From NCBI RefSeq assembly GCF_963921235.1, contig NC_086109.1:21330001-21394000 (forward strand): a stretch of DNA of 64,000 bases. The letters run 5' to 3'. Below are positions 10,095-20,239 of this stretch, piece after piece. Source of the stretch: Mobula hypostoma. Its lineage: Eukaryota. Below the pieces are notes generated by a model. The model saw nothing but the letters and a program-made list of their open reading frames with translations. It ran no database searches and was not told where the DNA came from. A program made the position numbers and the translations under genes. Numbering within the stretch: position 1 is the stretch's first letter; each line of letters begins with the position of its first letter.

Positions 10095-10800
10095 GCGAGT
10101 CTGCAGACGCTGGAAATCCAGAGCAACACACACAGAATGATGGAGAAGCTTAGCAGCTCAGGCAGCATCTGTGGAAATTAATTAACTGCAGACGCTTTGG
10201 GCCGAGGACCTTCATTGGGACTGGAAAGAAGGGGGAAGATACCAGAATAAAAGGGTGGGGGAGGGGAAGGAGGACAAGCTGGAAGGTAATAGGTGAAGCA
10301 ACACACATAAAAGTTCCTGGTGAACGCAGTAGGCCAGGTAGCATCTCTAGGAAGAGGTACAGTTGATGTTTCGGGCTGAGACACTGACAAAGGGTCTCGA
10401 CCAGCAACTTTTATGTGTGTTGCTCGAAATTCCAGCATCTGCAGATTTCCTCGTGTTTGCAGTTATAGGTGAAGCCAGGTTGGCGGGAAAGTAAAAGGGC
10501 TGAAGAAGAAGGAATCTGAGAAGAGAGGAGAATGGATTATGGGTGAAAAGGGAGAAGGAGGGGGGCCAATGGGATGTGATAGGTAGGTGAGGAGAAGAGG
10601 TAAGAGGCTAAACTTGGGAATACAAGAGGAAGGGGGTTAGGAAAAGAAAAAAAAAAGTAAAATAAATAATTACCAGATGGAAAATTGATGCCATTAGGTA
10701 GGAGGCTACCTGGACTGAATATGAGGTGTTGTTCCTCCACCCTGAGAATGGCCGCATCATGTCAGAAGAGGAGGCAGGACTGATATGTCAAACGGGATTG
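10095..10800 (-). mobile_element. Degenerate Penelope-like element(s) with a nested pLTR piece
   Basis: EEQHLIFSPGSLLPNGINF on the minus strand; pLTR segments at 10100-10220 and 10297-10460. Confidence 0.75.
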
Positions 10801-12293
10801 CCTCTGATACAGAGATCACAGGGTCACCAGATGCTGCAGTGATTCACACAAGTGTAGTTTTATTCTCCCTTTCAAAGCGTGTATAAAAGGCATTGAGCAC
10901 ATCTGGGAGTAAGGCATCACAGTCATTCTTGATGTTAGATTTTGCTTTGTAGGAAATAATGACCTGGATACCTTGCCAAAGCTGAAGTGCATCTAATTCT
11001 GTTTCTAACCTCAACTGGAATTGTTTTTTCACTCTTCCATAGGTCGTACCTTGACTTCTTGTATAGTTCTGGATCACTGGTCTTGAATGCCACAGATCTA
11101 GCCCTCAGCAGACTACAAATCTCCTGCTTCATCCGCGGCTTTTGGTCTGGGTCTGTCCAGTATGTTCTGGATAATAGTAAAACCTACCTCAGGCTACTGT
11201 TTATTGAATGCAGCTCAGCGTTCAGCACCATCATATCCTCAGTTCTAATCAATAAGCTCCCTCTGTACCTCCCTCTGCAGATGGATCCTTGACTTCCTCA
11301 CCGTACACCAGTCTGTGCTGATCAGAAGTCACATCTCCTTCTCGCGGACAATCAGCACTGGCACCCGTCAAAGATGCATGCTTAGCCCACTGCTCTGCTC
11401 ACTCAACACCCAGGACTGCATGGCTGGGCACAGCTCAAACACCATTTATAATTTTGCTGACGTTGGCAGCATTTCAGATGGTGACGAGGTGGTGTACAGG
11501 AACAAGATAGGTCAGCTGGTTGAGTGGTGCCACACAACAACCTTGCACTCAAGGAATTGATTGTGGACTTCAGGAAGGGGAAACCAAGGGAACACACAGC
11601 AGTCCTCACCAAGGGATCGGGTGGATAGGATTCAACATCTCTGAATGTCCATGTTGTGTCTGATATATCGGTGTAATTACCAAGAAGGTATGGCAGCAGC
11701 TATATTCTATTAGGAATTTGAGGAGACTTGGGAAGCCACCGAAGACTTCTGCGAATTTCTACAGATGTACCGTTGAGAGCTTTCTAAGTGGTTGCGTTAT
11801 CATCTGGAATACAAGTTTGGAAAAAGGTGCAGAAAGTTGTAAACTCAACCAGCTCCATCACGGGCACTGGCCTCCCCAGCATGGAGTACACCTTCAAGAG
11901 GGAATGCCTTGAAAAGGAAGCATCCATTATTAAGGACCCCCATCACACACAACGTGCCCTCTTCTCATTGCTACCATCAAAGAGAAGGTAAAGGAGCCTG
12001 AAAGCACACACTCATGTTTCAGAAACAGCTTCTTACCCTCCGTCATCAGATTTCCAAATGGACAGTGAATCCAAGAACACTACCTCACTATTTTCTCCTC
12101 TGTTTTTTGCATACTTACAGCTTTTAATTTATTTTTTATATATATACTTACAGCTTTTAATTTATTTTTTATATATATACTTACTATACTTTAATTTTTT
12201 TTGTATTATTATGTATTGCAATGTACTGCTGCTCCCAAACAACAGATTTTATGACATTTGCCAGTGATATTAAACTAGATTCTGATTCTGATT
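10800..12293. mobile_element. Rex1/Babar LINE with inverted 5' part (10800-11150 minus; 11160-12293 plus)
   Basis: Minus: KQEICSLLRARSVAF..LYKKSRYDL. Plus: YLRLLFIECSSAF, ISTG..Q.CMLSPLL, NFYRCTVES, IIKDPHH; (gattct)n tail. Confidence 0.8.
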
Positions 12294-13119
12294 CAGATAC
12301 TCCATTTGTTTGCAATAACAGCCAACACATCATTTATTTTCTTAATTACTTGTTATAACTACATGTTAATTTTCTGAGCTGAAGCTGCAAACCAGTTAAA
12401 ATGCCTTCCCTATGACAAGGTGTGAACAACCTGTTTACACCTCAAACCCACTCAAATTCCCCAAATACTGACTGCCTCTGGTGATAATAATTACCACATT
12501 TTCAGGGAATTAGTTACAGCTGACCTCCTATCTGTTAATTTTTAACTGACGGGCAGTTTTTATATACCATAATTAATATTGTTAAAAAAACTTGAAGTTA
12601 AAATCTAAATTCTGAGTACAAACAGAAGAAAATTTTAAATTAGGTCACTCACTCACCAAGTCTACATTCCTCAAATTCCCAGCTTCGCCACTCTTTTAAA
12701 GTGGCAGGCCATGTGACTTTTCCACAGAGGCATTCATTAGTTTTCACAACAATCAGCCAGCTTTGAAACTGTTTTACTAATAGCGCCTTTCTTTCATTGT
12801 TTTAACTGAATTCAGTTACCAAGAAAGAATTTTACACAATAGTGTGCCCCCGGTCTCGGCAATAGCGAATTCTGATCTCTTTTCCACTTGAAAAGACAGG
12901 CCCAGAAAACATACAATATTGGGCACAATGTGCCTGTGGAGTTTATCAAACCTAGATGTTGGAAAAAATTTGAGGCTGACAACTGATTAATTGCTGCTTG
13001 CCGAGGGAAAGGTGCAAATCTTGTTATGATATACTGTGCATCGTGATCTGGAATACACAGTCTGAAAATATGGTAACACTAGATGTAATGCTGAAAGCTA
13101 CTAATACTGAAACATGGAT

Positions 13120-13440
13120 AGATGATTCTGTTAGTGGTACAGTCTAGGATAGGAAGACACAGCCTCGGTTTGAAGATTTGTCCCTTTAAAATGAGATGAA
13201 AAGGAATTCCTTCAGACAAAGGGAGGTGAATCTGTGGAATTCAATGCCATATAAGACCGTGGAGGCCAAGTCAATGAACGTACTTAAGGCAGAGGTTGAT
13301 AGGTTCTTGATTGGAAGGGGTTATAGGGTGAAGGCAGGAGGATATGTTTGATAAAAGTTCAGCTATGATTGAATGGCGATGTAGATTCAATGGGCCAAAT
13401 AGCCTAGAACTGCTCCCATATCTTAACATCTTATGGGACT
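13120..13440 (+). mobile_element. Old CR1 3' fragment
   Basis: gtgaatctgtggaattc..gtggaggccaagtca..aaggcagaggttgataggttcttg..gggccaaatagcct. Confidence 0.65.
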
Positions 13441-13683
13441 GGAATATAGGAACCATGTATCAGTTCTCTATCTGCTATGTATTGTGTTGCGCGTTTACTA
13501 TGTTTAATATGGTAACTAGTCACATGGCTGTGGTAAAAGCGAAGGGGAATATGTTTGTATAGTCTTGCTTATTTCGTTGCAGTTTACAGCTTGGGACCAG
13601 CGGAGGTCGTATCTTTTGCTGACCACTGAGCTATCACTGAGATAACTGTCAATAATGCTTAATGGTATGTTTGTTAATTAACC

Positions 13684-16282
13684 ATAGACATAGACATAGA
13701 AAATAGGTGCAGGAGTAGGCCATTCGGCCCTTCGAGCCTGCACCGCCATTTATTATGATCATGGCTGATCATCCAACTCAGAACCCTGCACCAGCCTTCC
13801 CTCCATACCCTCTGATCCCCCTAGCCACAAGGGCCATATCTAACTCCCTCTTAAATATAGCCAATGAACTGGCCTCAACTGTTTCCTGTGGCAGAGAATT
13901 CCACAGATTCACCACTCTCTGTGTGAAGAAGTTTTTCCTAATCTCAGTCCTAAAAGGCTTCGCCTTTATCCTCAAACCGTGACCCCTCGTTCTGGACTTC
14001 CCCAACATCGGGATCAATCTTCCTGCATCTAGCCTGTCCAATCCCTTTAGGATTTTATACGTTTCAATCAGATCCCCCCTCAATCTTCTAAATTCCAACG
14101 AGTACAAGCCTAGTTCATCCAGTCTTTCTTCATATGAAAGTCCTGCCATCCCAGGAATCAATCTGGTGAACCTTCTTTGTACTCCCTCTATGGCAAGGAT
14201 GTCTTTCCTCAGATTAGGGGACCAAAACTGCACACAATACTCCAGGTGTGGTCTCACCAAGGCCTTGTACAACTGCAGTAGTACCTCCCTGCTCCTGTAC
14301 TCGAATCCTCTTGCTATAAGTGCTAGCATACCATTTGCCTTTTTCACCGCCTGTTGTACATGCATGCCCACTTTCAATGACTGGTGTACAATGACACCCA
14401 GGTCTCGTTGCACCTCCCCTTTTCCTAATCGGCCACCATTCAGATAATAATCCGTTTTCCTATTTTTGCCACCAAAGTGGATAACTTCACATTTATCTAC
14501 ATTAATTTGCATCTGCCATGAATTTGCCCACTCACCCAACCTATCCAAATCACCCTGCATCCTCTTAGCATCCTCCTCACAGTTAACACTGCCGCCCAGC
14601 TTCGTGTCATCCGCAAACTTGGAGATGCTGCATTTAATTCCCTCATCCAAGTCATTAATATATATTGCAAACAACTGGGGTCCCAGCACTGAGCCTTGCG
14701 GTACCCCACTAGTCACTGCCTGCCATTCTGAAAAGGTCCCATTTATTCCCACTCTTTGCTTCCTGTCTGCCAACCAATTCTCTATCCACATCAATACCTT
14801 ACCCCCAATACCGTGTGCTTTAAGTTTGCACACTAATCTCCTGTGTGGGACCTTGTCAAAAGCCTTTTGAAAATCCAAATATACCACATCCACTGGTTCT
14901 CCCCTATCCACTCTACTAGTTACATCCTCAAAAAATTCCATGAGATTCATCAGACATGATTTTCCTTTCACAAATCCATGCTGACTTTGTCCAATGATTT
15001 CACCGCTTTCCAAATGTACTGTTATCACATCTTTGATAACTGACTCTAGCAGTTTCCTCGCCACCGACGTTAGGCTAACCGGTCTATAATTCCCCGGTTT
15101 CTCTCTCCCTCCTTTTTTAAAAAGTGGGGTTACATTAGCCACCCTCCAATCCTCAGGAACTAGTCCTGAATCTAACGAGTTTTGCAAAATTATCACTAAT
15201 GCATCCACTATTTCTTGGGCTACTTCCTTAAGCACTCTGGGATGCAGACCATCTGGCCCTGGGGATTTATCTGTCTTTAATCCCTTCAATTTACCTAACA
15301 CCACTTCCCTACTAACATGTATTTCGCTCAGTTCCTCCATCTCACTGGACCCTCTGTCCCCTACTATTTCCGGAAGATTATTTATGTCCTCCTTAGTGAA
15401 GACAGAACCAAAGTAATTATTCAATTGGTCTGCCATGTCCTTGCTCCCCATAATCTGTCTGTAGGGGACCTACATTTGTCTTTACCAGTCTTTTCCTTTT
15501 TACATATCTATAAAAGCTTTTACAGTCAGTTTTTATGTTCCCTGCCAGTTTTCTCTCATAATCTTTTTTCCCCTTCCTAATTAAGCCCTTTGTCCTCCTC
15601 TGCTGAACTCTGAATCTCTCCCAGTCCTCAGGTGAGCCACTTTTTCTGGCTAATTTGTATGCTTCTTCTTTGGAATTGATACTATCCCTAATTTCACTTG
15701 TCAGCTACGGGTGCACTACCTTCCTTGATTTATTCTTTTGCCAAACTGGGATGAACAATTGTTGTAGTTCATCCATGCAATCTTTAAATGCTTGCCATTG
15801 CATATTCACCGTCAATTCTTTAAGTGTCATTTGCCAGTCTATCTTAGCTAATTCACTTCTCATATCCCTCTTTAAGTTCAGAACCTTTGTTTCTGAATTA
15901 ACTATGTCACTCTTCATCTTAATGAAGAATTCCGCCATATTATGGTCACTCTTACCCAAGGGGCCTCTCACGACAAGATTGCTAATTAACCCTTCCTCAT
16001 TGCTCAAAACCCAGTCTAGAATAGCCTGCTCTCTAGTTGGTTCCTCGACATGTTGGTTCAGAAAACCATCCCGCATACATTCCAAGAAATCCTCTTCCTC
16101 AGCACCTTTACCAATTTGGTTCACCCAATCTACATATAGATTGAAGTCACCCATTATAACTGCTGTTCCTTTATTGCACACATTTCTAATTTCCTGTTTA
16201 ATACCATCCCCGACCTCACTACTACTGTTAGGTGGCCTGTACACAACTCCCACCAGCGTTTTCTGCCCCTTAGTGTTATGCA
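13684..16282 (-). mobile_element. Young 5'-truncated CR1 LINE (partial APE endonuclease plus RT)
   Basis: RT ORF 13778-15451; endonuclease ORF 15705-16280 (VVYRPP, MGDFN, SDH); (tctatg)n tail; near-identical to 39230-41850. Confidence 0.95.
13778..15451 (-). CDS. CR1 ORF2 reverse transcriptase domain (uninterrupted 557-aa segment)
   Basis: Non-LTR RT motifs SPGPDG, NYRPVSL, QHGF, LDFQKAFD, GVPQGSVLGP, FADD. Confidence 0.8.
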   Translation of the reverse strand: MGSKDMADQLNNYFGSVFTKEDINNLPEIVGDRGSSEMEELSEIHVSREVVLGKLKGLKTDKSPGPDGLHPRVLKEVAQEIVDALVIILQNSLDSGLVPEDWRVANVTPLFKKGGREKPGNYRPVSLTSVARKLLESVIKDVITVHLESGEIIGQSQHGFVKGKSCLMNLMEFFEDVTSRVDRGEPVDVVYLDFQKAFDKVPHRRLVCKLKAHGIGGKVLMWIENWLADRKQRVGINGTFSEWQAVTSGVPQGSVLGPQLFAIYINDLDEGIKCSISKFADDTKLGGSVNCEEDAKRMQGDLDRLGEWANSWQMQINVDKCEVIHFGGKNRKTDYYLNGGRLGKGEVQRDLGVIVHQSLKVGMHVQQAVKKANGMLALIARGFEYRSREVLLQLYKALVRPHLEYCVQFWSPNLRKDILAIEGVQRRFTRLIPGMAGLSYEERLDELGLYSLEFRRLRGDLIETYKILKGLDRLDAGRLIPMLGKSRTRGHGLRIKAKPFRTEIRKNFFTQRVVNLWNSLPQETVEASSLAIFKRELDMALVARGIRGYGGKAGAGF

Positions 16283-16283
16283 G

Positions 16284-17037
16284 ATATAACCATATAACAA
16301 TTACAGCACAGAAACAGGCCATCTCAGCCCTTCTAGTCCATGCCAAGCTCTTACTCTCACCTAGTCCCACCGACCTGCACTCAGCCCATAATCCTCCATT
16401 CCTTTCCTGTCCATATATCTATCCAATTTAACTTCAAACGACAACATCGAACCTGCCTCAACCACTTCTGCTGGAAGCTTGTTCCACACAGCTACTACTC
16501 TCTGAGTAAAGAAGTTCCCCCTCATGTTACTCCTAAACTTTTTCCCTTTAACTCTCAACTCATGTCTTCTTGTTTGAAACTCCCCCATTCTCAATGGAAA
16601 AAGCCTATCCACGTCAACTCTATCTATCCCCCTCATAATTTTAAATACCTCTATCAAGTCCCCCCTCAACCTTCTACGCTCCAAAGAATAAAGACCCAAC
16701 TTGTTCAACCCTTCTCTGTAACTTAGGAGATGAAACCCAGGTAACATTCTAGTTAATCTTCTCTGTACTCTCTCTATTTTGTTGACATCTTTCCTATAAT
16801 TCGGTGACCAAAACTGTACACAATACTCCAAATTTGGCCTCACCAATGCCTTGTACAATTCCAACCTTACATCCCAACTCCTATACTCAATGCTTTGATT
16901 TATAAAGGCCAGCATACCAAAAGCTTTCTTCACCACCCTTTCCACATGAGATTCCACCTTCAGGGAACTAGGCACCATTATTCCTAGATCCCTCTGTTCT
17001 ACTGCATTCTTCAATGCCCTACCATTTACCATGTATG
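16284..17037 (-). mobile_element. CR1 LINE 3' fragment (different subfamily)
   Basis: ORF 16361-17032: EQRDLGI..LYKALVRPNLEYCVQFWSP..FFTQRVV. Confidence 0.9.
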
Positions 17038-18150
17038 CTAATATTTGCTAATAAAGGGTTGACTAAAGGGTTCAACATTTGCAGCAATCATTGGAACCAT
17101 TGGTGTGTCCCACAAGTATAACAGTCTGTACAATCGCAGGAAAGCAGCAATTGTTTTTGGTTTTGATTTTGGATTAGTTTTGCCGCTACACCCACCTTTC
17201 ATGAGATAATAAGGCGTCAACAAAGAAAAAACGATAGGGGTTTGAGGAAAGTGGAGTGGGATTAATTAAATAACTCTACCAAAAATGCAACAGACATAAA
17301 TTTGATTGGGTTGGCCTTTTTCTGTGAATCATCATTCCAAGATTCTAGTTAGCAGTTTGAGGTGGCAGCACAAAGAAATACAGTACTAAATTATCCTTAT
17401 TTCTCACGTTTGGTTTGCATGTAGGGCAGTGCAAAATCTAGATAATAATTCTGAGATGATCTTGGCATCTCTAGCTCACAAGTATAAAGCATTGTCCAAT
17501 TTTGTGTCGCCTATATGTGTTGTTTAATGAGCAGAAAACAGAAAGTGAGAATAATTGAACAATCTCACAATGGTGTGGAGTAACTGGCAGAGTGCCACGT
17601 GAATCATTGCTGGCATCTTGGCTGTGTACACTAGACATAAATGAATTGGATGAGGAAAAATAATATATTCAGTTTGCTGATGTTGCAAAATTGCATGGGA
17701 ATCTAAACTGTGAAGAGGAAATTGGGAGGCTATAATAGCATATAGACCTAGACAGAACCCCGATAGATTTTGTACATCTATCAAGAATGTTTACAAGTAG
17801 GCAGATAAAGCATTTAGGGAGATAGATTATGCATTAGACTTTACTACAAATGCATTTCAAAATATGAATAGGGAAGTTTTGATCTAATATAATTGGATCT
17901 ACAGAGTCTGGTAATCTGAAATAAAAAACAAAAATGCTGGTGCTTTTAAAAGATAAGGAGATGATCCTTAGTGGGAAATGAAACAAAGCTAACCTGGACA
18001 CTGTGGAGAATTGATTTACAATGGACATGTTTGCTCTTGTAATCAAAAAGATTATACTTGCACTGAAGACTGTGCAATAATGATTCATTGGATTGTGCTA
18101 TCAGTTGAGGGGCTGTTACTTGGTTAGGGCTTGCATAAGATGGGGCTATA

Positions 18151-18707
18151 CACTCAGTGGTAGTTCCTGTACCTAATAAAGTGGGCACTGAGTGTATGTT
18201 CATGGTCAGGTGCTGCTGTAGCCCACCTACTTCCAGGTTTGACATGTGATGTATTCAGAGATGCTCTTCAGCACAGCACTGTTGTAACACATCGTTATTT
18301 GAGTTACAGTCGCCTTCCTGTCAGCTTGAACCAGTCTAGCTATTTTCCTCTGACCTCTCTCATTAACAAGATATTTTTGCCGTCGGAACTGCCACTCACT
18401 GGATGTTTATTTCGTCTTTTTCACACCATTCTCTGTAAACTCTAGAGCTGTTATGTGTGAAAATCTCATGAGATCAGCAGTGTTCGAGATACTCAAACCA
18501 CCCCATCTGGCAACAACAATTATTCCAGGGCCGGTTACTTAGATCACGTTACTTCTCCATTCTGACGTTCAGTCTGAACAACAGCTGAAACTCTTAACCA
18601 TGTCTGCATGCTTTTATGATTTGAGTTGCTGTGACATGATTAGCTGGTTAGATATTTATATTAACAAGCAGATATTTTGCTCCACATAACAAAGTGCCCA
18701 CTGAGAG
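18151..18707 (-). mobile_element. Tc1-like non-autonomous transposon (same family as 8909)
   Basis: cactcagtgg...gtgcccactgagag TIRs flanked by TA; body is the reverse complement of 9670-10040. Confidence 0.75.
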
Positions 18708-19339
18708 TAATTTCAGTGGTGTAGAGAGGCTGAAAGTGATATAATTGACAGGTACAGAGGGACTTACAGGATAGGTGCCAAGAGGAGAGAATTCTTGTGT
18801 CAGGAGTCTGTGCGTTATTAGTATTATATGCTCCAGAGGAATAAGGATTCTCAGTTATCAAGAACATTCAAGGCTGAAGGTGAAAAATTATTGGAAACCA
18901 AAGAATATGGGGAAAAAATGGGCAAGTGGGTGTTTAATTATATGGTAGTGTGCTTTGTATGGCCTCCTGCTCCAATTTCTTATGGTCTTATCCAAATAAG
19001 GTATTGAAATCAAGCCAGTAGCATACAAGGCATTGATCTGATGCAACATTAAGTGACAAGGATTTGCCGCCATAAACACGCTCCAGGTATTGTTGATCCA
19101 TATCACTCAACAGTTTCTCATAAACCATCTCAGAATTTGTAAGTTTGACATGGAGGAAAAGATATTTCTATTAAAATTTCTAACCAGGTCTTGGCTGGCA
19201 TGGAGTTGGGTTGAAGGGCCTACTTCCATGGAGTATAACTCTATGAATCTATGAGTCGAAAGGAAATTCTCTGAATAGGTAGAGCACCATCCTGTTACAT
19301 TGTGCTTTCGGCTTCATTCTATTCTTTATTGTCATTCCA

Positions 19340-20210
19340 TAAGACCACAGGACATAGGAGCAGAATTAGGCTATTTAGCCAATTGAAATTCTCTGCCATT
19401 TGATCATGGCTAATTTATTATCCCTCTCAACCTCGTTCACCTACCTTTTCCCTGTCACCTTGCTAATCAAGAACATCTCAACCACCTCCTTAAATATGTA
19501 AGGGGTTTCTACTTTTATGTTACCGTGTAGGCTAATTAAAATGGCTTCTTTGTTATGTTAACTGCTGAGAAAGTCCTCCCACTAGCAGTTTGTTTGGATT
19601 ATGTTATTGATAAGAGAGTGAATAAACCAATTGGGATAGATATTATTCTTTCTGTGTGTCTGTAAGTTATTATGATGCGTGGGTTTTTGGCAGAAGGCGC
19701 GAGAGAGAGAGAGGATGGACAAGGTGCTGTGAGTCGAGCAGGAGTCCGAGGTCAAGGGTGTTCGGCAAGGAGAGGAGACAGAGACGGACTCGTGGGAGCG
19801 TCTGGTCGATCACCGTTGTTGGTCCCAGGCGGCAGGTCGAGGTGGTCTGAGGGGATCGCAGGGCGAAGAAGGAAGGTCCCAAGCTCCAACTGTCTGTGCA
19901 CGAAGAGATTGAACTTTGATAAGTGTGGTGCCTTTTATCTTCCTTTTATATTTTATCTCTATTATAGTTCCAGTAATATCTAAAAACTGTAATTCATTTA
20001 ATCGTATCTGGTGTATTGTCTGTTATTGGTGGGGGCGGGGTACATCACACAGCATCCACACAAACTTTATTACCAAGTTTGGCGGGGCCGAGGGCTGTTT
20101 CACTTGACAACAGCGAGCTGAATGACCCTGAGGCTTGCTGGGGGGCTACAAATATATCCAATGACTTGGCTTCCACAGTCCTCTGCATCAATAAATTCCA
20201 CAGATTCATC
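19340..20210 (-). mobile_element. CR1 3' end fragment split by the solo LTR
   Basis: ccataagaccacaggacataggagcagaattagg...ccttaaata|LTR|tatccaatgacttggcttccacag..ttccacagattcatca. Confidence 0.7.
19497..20150 (+). mobile_element. Solo LTR
   Basis: TGTAAGGGG...GGGGCTACA; 4-bp TSD AATA at 19493-19496 and 20151-20154. Confidence 0.9.
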
Positions 20211-20239
20211 ATTAAAGCCTCAGCGTTACATCCATTGTA

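Noticed and set aside
12106..12185. Short tandem duplication (atacttacagcttttaatttatttttt..)
   Set aside because: Local slippage in a Rex1 3' UTR; only two units, not an array.
15655..16431. 258-aa plus-strand ORF (also 41308-41991, 14466-14870, 40013-40417)
   Set aside because: Antisense shadows of CR1 ORF2.
7278..20150. One large element bounded by the two similar LTRs
   Set aside because: They are in opposite orientation and each has its own TSD.
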